Of a stretch of 64,000 bases of DNA, positions 51,298 to 63,634 are shown one piece after another. Within the stretch, counting starts at the first letter, position 1, and each line of letters starts with the position of its first letter. Under the pieces are notes generated by a model, which was given only the letters and a program-made list of their open reading frames with translations, was not told where the DNA came from and did no database searches. This DNA is from Paramecium tetraurelia. Its lineage: Eukaryota. The stretch lies in contig CT868060.1 of NCBI GenBank assembly GCA_000165425.1, forward strand, positions 1 through 64,000, written 5' to 3'. The position numbers and the translations under genes were made by a program.

Positions 51298-52686
51298 TCA
51301 TTCGGTATAATTTACGCTAGATAACTTTTTACGGGTTCGTTCGGTTGCTAGCAAATAGACTTAAATAACAAGAGCTAAAAAATTGATTCCAACATAAATG
51401 TAAAACAATTGCCCATTCATGAATTGGTCATGAAAATACAGTGTTAACAGAAATTAAGTCAGATTTGAAAAAGGGATACTATTAAATGCCATGTTGAATG
51501 CCAAAGGACCAAATTTTGTGCCAAATTGCTATTGTATCTTAATATATGAATACTTTTGTGCATATTCCAGGGAACAATGTGTACAAACCCCCATATTGTA
51601 AGTAAGTAAGTATAATCCATAACATAAATAGAACTTTTGAATCAGCAATCAAGTTTATTGTTGCTGCCAAAGTCATTACCATTACGATGTTGAAAAACAC
51701 AAGGTATTTATAGTTGATAAAGTCAAGCAAATAGCTCCATAGGAAACGAGACAACCTATTTTTAATGAAATATTGTTACCCATTTGTAAATCCACCTATC
51801 ATGCCAACCAATGAAAAAAATTAGTCATCTGGGATATGAACAATACCAAACTCCTTATAATGAGAGATTAGGATGAATCCAAAACCAGTCAAACAAAATA
51901 CCTAAAAAGTACTTAACCAGAACTCTTTTGTCTTTAGAATATCAAATTATGAATTTACGCCAACTTATGCGTCATTTTAGATTAATTTCCTATTGATATT
52001 ATTAATTAAGTTTACTGATTATATGTGTCGTCATTATGATCGTCACTTTATTTTATTGATTGCATCAAAAACGCTCCGATCAATCCCATTGCTAGATAAA
52101 TGGTGGTAACGATTCTTAAACTTTTCATCAGGTTTTCAGCAACTTCTTCTGGATAGTAGCCATTTACAGGGAGAATGTTGTCAGGGTTTAATAGTCTCTA
52201 TAATATTGGATTAAAAATAAGTGGTGTGAATCCAAATCCACATAGTATTAATCCTGTAACCATGCCTTTTTTTGAAGGAAAAAATTTCAAGGCATTGTCT
52301 ACTGGAATTAAGTACTCAATTCCAATGAAAACCCCTGGCAATAAACCTTAGAAGAAAACAAAAAAGTAGAAGTTGCTATATGTTGCTGCAAACATAGATG
52401 CACAAAAGCACAACATATTTGTTACACTAACCAACTTATGACCAAAACGTCGAGCCATATGAATGCCAAATTGACTGCCTATGGCGATCCCAAAGTATAT
52501 AGCTGGAAAGACGGCAGATACGGTCTTTGTTTCAATATCTGGATATCCATTGAAACGATAGTAAGAACTGACGTTCATGGAAATATTGCCCCAAACTACT
52601 CTAATAAATGAAAGCTTACAATAGAAACCACCTGTAACAAGATGGGTTAGGAAACCCCCAAATATACTCAAATAGCCTTTCCACAT
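51298..52686 (-). CDS. Major facilitator superfamily transporter (oxalate:formate antiporter-like)
   Basis: About 12 hydrophobic segments; FFPSKKGMVTGLILCGFG, RFLWSYLLD, YGGLYTLFPGICTKV. Confidence 0.88.
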
Positions 52687-52700
52687 ATTTTTTAATTAAA

Positions 52701-54327
52701 ATGGATAAGCAATAATTATTTGCTGAATGCATTCGCATTCTTCAAATTACACCAATACGTAGAAATCCTGAAGAACTTAACCATCTTTTAATCTTTGCAC
52801 TTACCATAACATTTTTTAGAGAACTTGGTGAATAATCACCCGAAATGCTTCAACGATGCATATAAGTACTCTCATATCGAACTATTAAATCAGGGGATGT
52901 AAAATATAATGATATTCCTTTTAGATACTCTTTAAAGTAGGAGATTCTGGCAGCCTTTTCTATGTCATCCTAAGAGGATCTGTGGGAATTAATATTCGAT
53001 TGCCTAACCCAGATGATTCTCAATAATTTGAGCTCAAAGAAGTCAATATATTGAAAGCCGGAGCAAGCTTTGGAGAACTTGCCCTAATTAATGATGCAAA
53101 AAGAACAGCAACGATTGTGGCAAAAGAAGATTGTGTTTTTGCAGTAATGGAGAAACATCATTACAAATCTATCTTAGGAGCTTAAGAAATCGCGAAAATC
53201 TAGAATAAGATCTCATTCTTATGTTCATTTCCATTTTTTAGTTCTTGGTCTTTTAGGGAAATAAAAACAATCAGTTATCACTTTGAACCTGTTACAGTAA
53301 CCCTTAATTAAGCAATAATTAAATAGAATGAGTACTGCAACCACTTTTATGTTGTAAGAGATGGTGAATTTTAGGTCTAGTTCTCTTATAAAAACAAGCT
53401 ATGCAGTATGTATTAGATTTGATATTTATAATTAGATGCACTTTAGGACCAGGGGAATCTTTCGGATAAGAAGCATTTTTGAGCAAAGAAGGTTAATTTT
53501 TGATCAAATCCTCCATATTTGTTTAGTGGGGGAAGACAAAATATGATATCGTTTGTAAAAGTGAAATAGGAGTTGCTTATAAGATTACAAGAGAAGATAT
53601 CTAGAAGTAAGATTATACATATATGAAGAGACGTTTCTGGGATAGCAAAACGTAGGTCGTCTTTTTGTAATTGTTATCATCCATCCATCATTTCAGATCG
53701 ATTAAAGCAGAGGAATTGATTAAAGAAATTGATAATAAAAGAAAGAAACTCGATGAGCAAATACACTTGCCAATCCCTTTAAAAAAAAGCTATGTGCAAA
53801 AATATAATCTATTATCTTCAAGAAATACTAATGATGATATTTTAAAAGACAAGTAGTATGATGAATTTAAATAATAAGAAAAATAAGCAATAGAACAATT
53901 TACAAAGTTACTTAAAGATAGAAATTGTTCTTATGCTTAGGTGAAGACATTTTTTGATCAAAAGAAATTCGTTTCTTAAGGTTACTTTAAAAAAAGATTT
54001 TACCATAAATAGTTTTTCCGATTTGCTAGCAATAATAGTTAATTTCGAAAATCAGCAAATGAATAAGAATTAGAGTAGATGAATGGTATGCTTACTCAAT
54101 GTTGTAATTAATAAAATGAATTAAATATTAATAACTCTTAATAATTCAATCACCATAAAACATTGAGTAGCCCAACAACAATGGGAAAGTTTATCAAAAG
54201 AATAAAGTTGAAAGTGGCTACCCATTAAAAGAATGAAGATACTTAGACAATTATTAATATTCGAACTCATAGCCCAAATTCATATCGCAGCATGAATAGT
54301 AGGAGAATGAAAACTTATATTGATTGA
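52701..54327 (+). CDS. Tandem cyclic-nucleotide-binding-domain protein
   Basis: LFKVGDSGSLFYVILRGSV, GASFGELALINDAKRTATIVA; second more degenerate domain FYVVRDGEF..GPGESFGQE. Confidence 0.85.
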
Positions 54328-54346
54328 GTATATATAATAATATTTA

Positions 54347-55334
54347 TCACAAAAAATAATCAGGCACAGGGTGCCTACCGATCAGTCCTCTTTATTCTAC
54401 ATTAGCTGCTAAGAAAATTTTGAATTTTTTTTCTAAATTGTCATCTAACTCTAATATTGATGCTTAATTTCCAACGCGATAACAGTAATTTGGAGCACTC
54501 CATACTGTTACTAATTGATCGTCAAACATTGTTTTGTATCCTTCTAGAACAAGCTGATGAGCTCTACATATGAAATCGTAACTATTAGTTTTATTGAATT
54601 CTGTAGTAATGTCTCCTCCAAATATATATCCAGCTCCTCTTGGAGAAACTCCCCATCCATTAATATCTTCAGGATCGCTCCACAATAGGTCACACATAGC
54701 TCCTTCATGTGGAACTTCCTACTTTCGATCTAAAGATTTCACCTTATAAATAGTTACACATAAAGCTTACATCATCTATCTCTACAATATTCGGAGATAA
54801 TCCTCCATGAACACAAAATACTCTGTTTTCAATAACTGCGCTAATCGTCAGATAATCAAAAACATCAGTGCAATACCTCCATACATTTGCAGAACCATAT
54901 TTGCGTTGACATTCATCATAGAATCCATAAACTTAAGTTGTTTGCCTTGATTCATGATTTCCTCTTATTCTTAATAATATTTGTAACCATTACATTGTAA
55001 TTCTATCTGGAAAACGAACTTTGAATGCTAATAGTAAAAGAAATGTTTCAACACTATTAAATCCACGATCAACTAAATCTCCTAAAAAAAGGTAATTAGT
55101 GTCTGGACAATCTCCTCCAACTTTAAATAATTCAATGAGATCATGAAACTGTCCATGAATATCCCCACAAATCTAATAATTGAAAAATATTACTGTGACA
55201 GGAGTATGAACAATCTCGACATTGCTTTCGGAAATAAGAATTTCTTTCGCCTTGGTACACAATTGAATCACTTCTTGTTCGGGTAAAAATTGGCAATTCT
55301 TTAGCTTTGCTATCCATTAATCGAAATCACTCAT
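54347..55334 (-). CDS. Ser/Thr protein phosphatase 4-like catalytic subunit, divergent paralogue
   Basis: [37 protein letters not shown]-terminal DYFL; three introns. Confidence 0.9.
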
Positions 55335-55344
55335 AAATATTTAT

Positions 55345-56378
55345 TCATAAAAAATAATCAGGAATTGGTTTCTTTGCTGGCAATCCTCTATTTTCTTATG
55401 GGGCCGCTTCAAATATTTTATAAGATTTAGCAAGGTTTTCATCTAATTCAAGAATTGAAGCGACATTCCCGCATCTGATTAAATATCAAAAATTACCTAT
55501 AACAATAATTAGGTGCACTCCAGACTGTCACTAATTATTCATTAAACATAACTCTGTATCCTTCCATCACTAATTGATGAGCTCGACATATCAATTCAAT
55601 ATTATTTTTTCTATTGAAATCATCTACAACGTCTCCACCGAATAAATAGCCTGCCCCTCTTGGAGATAAATTCCATCCCTCAATTTCTAAATAATTCTAA
55701 AATCGAGATACCATCAGGATCGCTCCACATCAAGTCACACATAGCTCCATCATGAGGTACTTCTTATTTACGATCGATTGCTCGAATCTACATAAATAAA
55801 TTTCTAAAACATCATCCATTGTCTTTATCGAAGGTGATAATCCACCATGTACACAAAATATCTTCTCCTCTATAACAGCAGCCAAACTCAAATAATCAAA
55901 AATGTCTGTGCAATATCTCCAAACATTTAATGACCCATATTTTCTTAGACATTCATCATAGAAGCCATACACTTAAGTAATTTATCTAGATTCGTGATTC
56001 CCTCGTATTCTATATAAAATGATTAATTTACAATGTTATTCTGTCTGGATAACGTACTTTCAGAGCTAATAATAATAAAAATGTTTCCACGCTGTTAAAT
56101 CCTCTATCAACAAAGTCACCTAAGAATAAATAGTTAGTGTCTGGGCAATCCCCTCCTACTTTGAATAATTCCATTAAATCAAAGAATTGACCATGAATAT
56201 CTCCACAGATCTGAAATTAATAATATTTTACCGTAACTGGGGCATCAACTCGCTGCACATTGCTTTCTTCAACCAGAATTTCTCTAGCCTTTGTACATAG
56301 TGCTTTAACTTCCCCTTCAGTTATGTTTTCGCAGTTCCTTAATTGAGCTATTTGTCTATCTAAATCAGATTGACTCAT
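55345..56378 (-). CDS. PPP4C: Ser/Thr protein phosphatase 4 catalytic subunit
   Basis: [85 protein letters not shown]; five introns. Confidence 0.93.
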
Positions 56379-56724
56379 TTTTAAATTGGAGAAATATGAA
56401 TTTAATAATAATTAGTTTATAAAATTTGATTCGGAAAATAAAAATGTATCTTCAAAAGAGAAACATAATATTATCAAATGATGAATATACTATAGAAATT
56501 TAGTTTACAACATAATTAAGTTTATAAAATATAAATTGTTGAAAATTTTTCCAAATATGAATATTTAGAGATCTTGGAATTGAAAAAAAAATTGTAGGAG
56601 TAGGAGGGAGCAAAACAATAATATTTTATTAATAAATAGTAATCTTTGGATTACTTTTAGTATACTGAGAATTATGATTGATATTTAATTTACTTTTATA
56701 TGACAAATTTGTATGAAAAATAAA

Positions 56725-57876
56725 TCAAACCAATATTAAAAGCAATAGCACGAAAGCAAATGCTATGATGTTTGAAGATGAGCATGCTCGAGCAATTATC
56801 ACTAGCAAAACCTTAAGCATCACATTATTGATCACAGTCGGGACATGTTTCTGCTCCTTCTGCCTTGATGCATTCTATTGGATCTGTTTGTCCACTTACT
56901 GGATCATATGTAGTTTATTCCAAAAGTCTTCTTCCTCCTGCTTAAGTTGTCGATAAAGTAGAGGTAACTTTAATTGTGACTGATCTCCAAGCAATTTCAG
57001 CCTTTAATTAGATAATAACTTGTCCTTTGACTGAATTATTAACTGAAACTATTGTTGCTTTCTTATTCAATCCATTACCAGTATACCAGACTTCAGTTCC
57101 AGTCAAAAAGTAGTTCATACCTGTGGTTGTAACAACTTGTTGGAGAACAAATTGATCATTTAAATGTAAATCTGGTGTTGCAAATGCAGTACATTATAAA
57201 TCTGTACACCATTTTAAGATTGTATCAGCTTTTGCGTTGCAAGCTGCACCATACTTAACATCCTAAAGTGGCTGTTTGAGTTAATGGCTTAAAGGCGGTA
57301 TCAACCGAAGCACCACTTGCTTTGTCAACAGTGACAGAGAATTCAAAAAAGAAAGTGTATTAAACTTAATCAGTTCCTGCAGCATAATAAGCAACAGCAT
57401 AATAGCCTTTGTAGATAAATTAATTTGAATTTGTCGTTTAAACTAACCTGAGTTCCTAAATCCTTTCCTGGAATTGTGAATGAATAATATCTCCATTATT
57501 TCTAAAAGTTATTTGATGCGGTTATGGGTAAATCAGTAACTTAAACTGGATCTGAGTAGGTATTTGAAGTGAATTTCCATAATTTAAGGTCAAGACATGT
57601 GGTGGCTGCCGTTTTTCCATCTTCTTGAACAAGACCAAAATATGTTGCATCATTGAAGAGATCAACATCGGAATATCTAAGGTTCACCTTAACATCAGTG
57701 GATCCACTAACAAATGCAATATCTCCTGTAAATGCCAACTTTGTTGCTCCAGATCCGTCAGCATTATTAGCTGTTCCAAATTTTTCTAAATATTTATTGC
57801 AGTTCGCAGAGCTACTATCAAGCCTTTAGCCTAAGGTAAAAGCAACTAAGAATGCTACAATGATTATTGTTTTCAT
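56725..57876 (-). CDS. Surface-protein family copy B, with three +1 insertions (pseudogene or assembly errors)
   Basis: Aligns end to end with copies A and C; extra bases at ~57450, ~57248-57257 and ~56789. Confidence 0.8.
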
Positions 57877-58162
57877 TCTATTATATTAATATTCATAAAA
57901 TTATTATTTTACTTATAAATATGCGCATTTATTCTATCTCCCATTCGTTTAGATAATTTCAGCAAATTGACAAATTATTGAAGCAGGATGGAAAATAGCT
58001 AAATATATGATGGTTCCTTTCTAATACAATTCAAAGAAGTATCTATAACTATTTTTAGACTTCATTTTATTTTATTCAATTATACAATTTTGATTCATAA
58101 TCCAAATTTATTAGAAAATTTTGGAATTTTACATTTTAATCTAATTAATGGTTTTAAGCTAA

Positions 58163-59508
58163 ATGATAATAAATATGTAGTATTAATTTAAATGAATGGT
58201 AAATGATTGGACATATATTAATAAATCAAATTGTAAATGCTAATAATAAAGCCATGAAAACAAAGGTGATGATTTTTGAAAATGAGCATTCTGAACAGCT
58301 ATCACTAGCAAAACCTTAAGCAGCACATTCTTGATCACAGTCGGGACATTTTTCTGCTCCTTCAGCTTTGATGCATTCTAGTTCATTAGTTTCACCACTT
58401 ACTGCATCATATGTAGTTTAAGCCAAAAGTCTTCTTGCTCCTGTTTAGGTGTTCGATAAAGTAGAGGTAACTTTAATTGTGACTGATCTCCAAGCAATTT
58501 CAGCCTTTAATTAGATAATAACTTGGCCTTTGACTGAATTATTAACTGAAACTATTGTTGCTTTCTTATTCAATCCATTACCAGTATACCAGACTTCAGT
58601 TCCAGTCAAAAAGTAGTTCATATTTAGAGTTGTAACAACTTATTGTAGAACGAATTGATCATTTAAATGCAAATCTGGTGTTGCAAATGCAGTGCAATTT
58701 AAATCTGTACACCATTTTAAGGTTGTATCTGCTTTTGTGACGCAAGCTGCATTAGGAGTACATCCTATTGTTGATGATTAACTTAATGGCTTGAATGCTG
58801 TATCAACTGAAGCACCAGTTGCTCTATCAATAGTGACAGAGAATTCAAAATAGAAAGTGTATTAAACTTAATCAGTTCCTGCTGCATAATAAGAAATAGC
58901 ATAATAGCCTTTGTAAATGAATTAATTAGAATTTGTTGTTTAAACTAATCTAGTTTCTAACTCCTTTCCTGGAATTGTGAATGTATAGTATCTCCATTAT
59001 TTTTAAAAGTTATTTGAAGCGGTTATGGGTAAATCAGTAACTTATACTGGATTAGAATAACTATTTGAAGTGAATTTCCATAATTTTAGGTCAAGACATG
59101 TGGTGGCTGCTGTTTTTCCATCTTCTTGAACAAGACCAAAATATGTTGCATCATTGAAGAGATCAACATCGGAATATCTAAGGTTCACCTTAACATCAGT
59201 GGATCCACTAACAAATGCAATATCTCCTGTAAATGCCAACTTTGTTGCTCCAGTTCCATCAGGATTATTAGCTGTTCCAAATTTTTGTAAATATTTATTG
59301 CAGTTCTCGGAGTTAATATCAAGCCTTTAACCTAAGGTAAAAGCAACTAAGAATGCTACAATGATTATTGTTTTCATGTTAATTAAAATAATACTATAAT
59401 CTCATTTTAAACCAAGCTAAAATCCTAAATTTTTATATTTTTTTAATCGATATTCTATTTGATATTTGTAATATATATTTAGAAATTAATTTTTTTCATT
59501 TTTTGCTT
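58163..59508 (-). repeat. Left arm of a ~1.35-kb near-perfect inverted repeat
   Basis: Reverse complement of 60452-61801, including ~130 nt upstream and ~60 nt downstream of the CDS. Confidence 0.93.
58226..59377 (-). CDS. Surface-protein family copy C (383 aa, intact)
   Basis: 1152-nt intronless frame MKTIIIVAFLVAFTLGQ...GARRLLAQ...FSKIITFVFMALLLAFTI*. Confidence 0.9.
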
Positions 59509-60451
59509 AATCAATATGAAATAGTGATTTTAAAGAATTTTATTAACTACCCTTCCGAATAGTCACCCATTTAAGATCCCATTTAATTATATTCAATTTG
59601 AAGTATTCATTTATTCATGTTTAAAGTTTCCCTAATCTTTTGTTACTTAATATATTAACATTTAATCATAAGATTAGTTTCTTTACAATCTACTATTGGA
59701 TTTAAATAGATCGAATTCATTCTTTCTGACTATTATTTCTTCTAACAACTGGAAATATTATATTGGCGCCAAATTTTTAAATTATTGATCCAATTTTTTC
59801 TACTTTATTTTAATATCGACTATTAGTTTTATAATTTCAAACTAATCAATAGCAAAATCATATAAAAGGTATTATAGAAAAAATTCTCAATAATACTAAT
59901 TTTTAATCAAGGATTACATACGTCAGATGGAGTGAGTCTAATGGAAAGAAATAAAATATAAAGAAAAGTAAGATAGATAGATAAAATCAAATATCATGAA
60001 TTCACCATTATTATTCTATGGTTGTTCATTCTATATATTCAAATTTTTATTTATCCAAAAGATTTATAAAATATATTATACTTCTTTATTATGAATTTTT
60101 ATTTTATTGTATTCTAATTATCTGATCAATTAATAGTCTTGTCCTTTAACATTAAGATAAGCCATTAATCATTATCTTAATAATTTATCTCCAAGCAAAT
60201 AAAGGCACAAAGGAGATAACTCAGCATTTTAGTTTTGAAATTATTAAAACTAAAATTCTATTGATTAAATCAAAACCCTTAACCTTATCTGCCATCATAA
60301 CTTAATTTTTAGAATAAATTAATGTATATTATTATGTATAAAACTTTACAATTATTCATTCAAATTCAATTAATGTATCATTATAATGCTATCTTAATGG
60401 AAGGATAAGTTTATAAGAATTATAAGAAATCTTTTTAATAAGGATGATTTA

Positions 60452-61801
60452 AAGCAAAAAATGAAAAAAATTAATTTCTAAATATATATTACAAATATCA
60501 AATAGAATATCGATTAAAAAAATATAAAAATTTAGGATTTTAGCTTGGTTTAAAATGAGATTATAGTATTATTTTAATTAACATGAAAACAATAATCATT
60601 GTAGCATTCTTAGTTGCTTTTACCTTAGGTTAAAGGCTTGATATTAACTCCGAGAACTGCAATAAATATTTACAAAAATTTGGAACAGCTAATAATCCTG
60701 ATGGAACTGGAGCAACAAAGTTGGCATTTACAGGAGATATTGCATTTGTTAGTGGATCCACTGATGTTAAGGTGAACCTTAGATATTCCGATGTTGATCT
60801 CTTCAATGATGCAACATATTTTGGTCTTGTTCAAGAAGATGGAAAAACAGCAGCCACCACATGTCTTGACCTAAAATTATGGAAATTCACTTCAAATAGT
60901 TATTCTAATCCAGTATAAGTTACTGATTTACCCATAACCCGCTTCAAATAACTTTTAAAAATAATGGAGATACTATACATTCACAATTCCAGGAAAGGAG
61001 TTAGAAACTAGATTAGTTTAAACAACAAATTCTAATTAATTCATTTACAAAGGCTATTATGCTATTTCTTATTATGCAGCAGGAACTGATTAAGTTTAAT
61101 ACACTTTCTATTTTGAATTCTCTGTCACTATTGATAGAGCAACTGGTGCTTCAGTTGATACAGCATTCAAGCCATTAAGTTAATCATCAACAATAGGATG
61201 TACTCCTAATGCAGCTTGCGTCACAAAAGCAGATACAACCTTAAAATGGTGTACAGATTTAAATTGCACTGCATTTGCAACACCAGATTTGCATTTAAAT
61301 GATCAATTCGTTCTACAATAAGTTGTTACAACTCTAAATATGAACTACTTTTTGACTGGAACTGAAGTCTGGTATACTGGTAATGGATTGAATAAGAAAG
61401 CAACAATAGTTTCAGTTAATAATTCAGTCAAAGGCCAAGTTATTATCTAATTAAAGGCTGAAATTGCTTGGAGATCAGTCACAATTAAAGTTACCTCTAC
61501 TTTATCGAACACCTAAACAGGAGCAAGAAGACTTTTGGCTTAAACTACATATGATGCAGTAAGTGGTGAAACTAATGAACTAGAATGCATCAAAGCTGAA
61601 GGAGCAGAAAAATGTCCCGACTGTGATCAAGAATGTGCTGCTTAAGGTTTTGCTAGTGATAGCTGTTCAGAATGCTCATTTTCAAAAATCATCACCTTTG
61701 TTTTCATGGCTTTATTATTAGCATTTACAATTTGATTTATTAATATATGTCCAATCATTTACCATTCATTTAAATTAATACTACATATTTATTATTATCA
61801 T
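60452..61801 (+). repeat. Right arm of the inverted repeat
   Basis: The only differences I noticed are one extra C at 60938-60940 and an extra ATT near 61791-61796. Confidence 0.93.
60583..61735 (+). CDS. Surface-protein family copy D (identical to C except one +1 insertion)
   Basis: 1153 nt; ATAACCCGCT here versus ATAACCGCT in copy C. Confidence 0.85.
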
Positions 61802-62682
61802 GGTCATTTTGTCTTAAGGTTACTTTACCTTATCGTTAAATTTAAGTTGAGTAACTTAATTTCTCTAGGATTATCTAAAAGAACTTATGCAAAAGATTTC
61901 AATTGAAACAGAGTAATTTAATTTAAAGCTAATTTACCTATTATTGGATTATCGCTCAAGTTATTGTTATAATATATTCAATTTATATTTGCTACATATT
62001 ATGTATCTCTTTTATATATGATAATATTGAAAACTATTATTTCAAAATTAATTACTATCGATAATAAATTGTAAAAGCATTAAGACTAACTATTTTTTAT
62101 AGTATATTTTGATTTAGGAACTATTTTTATTTTAAATTGTGATTTAAATGATCTGTAATGATATAAAAATATCAACTCACATCTTCACGATCTAAATTTA
62201 CTTCCTTCCTAATTAATGTTCTTTAAGCTACAAATAATCAAGTGATAAACATTTTTTCGTTAAGAAACTAAGAAAATCAAATAGACTATGTTTCCAAAGT
62301 ACAATAAATTCTTATTTGAGAATTGTATATAAAGCTCTGTAAATTTGATTTGTCCATCTAATGTAAAAAAACAATCTAACAAGTTAATTTATTTTTGAGA
62401 TTGGTGCTATTCATTTAAATTGAATTGGAAAGCATCAATAAATTCTTTTACAAAAGGAATTATTCCTTTCCATTAAAGAGAATTTTTGGATACCTTCAAC
62501 CTATTCTTCTTTTATACTTATGTAAAGTTAAAAACATGATCTCATTAAAAACTTTCAATTCCACATAATAATATATAGAAAGCATAATGAGCTACTAACC
62601 CTTAAGTAGGTAAAGAAAGGGAAAAATATGCTGGATTGTGCAAAATAATTAATAGAATAATAAATCAGCTATTTTTAAATAA

Positions 62683-63634
62683 TCAAATAGCAATTACTAC
62701 AGTCTGTTTGCAAATAGGGCAGTTATTATGCTACAATAACCAACTTTTGATGCATTTAGAGTGGTAATAATGATTGCATCCCAGTTTTCGATATTTCTCA
62801 CCTATTTCCATGTTGCATTGACAAACTGGGCAGACTCCTTAGATATTGTCACTTTGTTGAATAACTCTTTTACGAATTCTTCTGATATCTTCCCTTGCTA
62901 TGCCATTTGACACATTTCTGATAATATTAAATTTAAGAATACCCGATCTAATCTTCCAACTATAGCAATTATTCATAACTCATGTTGTCTACATCAATGG
63001 CTTGAGTTTAATATTGACGTAGTCTTTATTATTGTTATAAAAGTGGCAGCACTTGGGCTGTCATTCTTAGTTAAAGAAGAAGTGCCCTCATTTCCAATAA
63101 TTATTGAAATGGATCATGTTAATGTTATTGGTGCTATGATTATATTTCCTAACATTTTTTTTTGTAATCTTTTTTCTTGCCTTTCAATTTAATAATTAGG
63201 TCCTTTTGGTGTTTTATTTCCTTATCCTTAACATCAATTTTCGAAATAAAATAATCAATTTCTTCTTCTCTTTTCTTCAGTTCTCTTTCTAGTTATTTAT
63301 TAAGCTATGAGAAGAATAAGAATTATAATACTTCACTCATATTTGAAATTTTTTTATCATATTCATAACACTTATCCTTCAATTGCTATCTTAGTTGTTC
63401 ATTTTCATTCAAAAGTTTTTTTTATTCATCTTTACTAAATATAGTTCAATTTATATCAATACGTAAGTAGATTTGAAGTATTTTCTAATTAAGCTTGTTA
63501 GACTGGGGACTATTGGGGAATCTTACTCACAGGTTTTTGTGGAACTGTAATGAAATATATATTTTACTTGTTTCAATCTTTTGTTTTTACATTACTGTAG
63601 ACCTACGAATAGTAAACTTCTTGGTTTATTACAT
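62683..63634 (-). CDS. RING-H2 E3 ubiquitin ligase with 'DNMSYEQLLQLE..IG' pre-RING motif
   Basis: CPVC-x14-CNHYYHSKC-x10-CPIC at the C-terminus; several tiny introns. Confidence 0.88.

Noticed and set aside
60271..60287. Telomere-like AAAACCCTTAACC in the inverted-repeat spacer
   Set aside because: Not tandem C4A2/C3A3 repeats; compatible with chance.
58163..61801. Inverted repeat as transposon terminal repeats
   Set aside because: The arms are host surface-protein genes, the spacer has no transposase, and no target-site duplication was seen.
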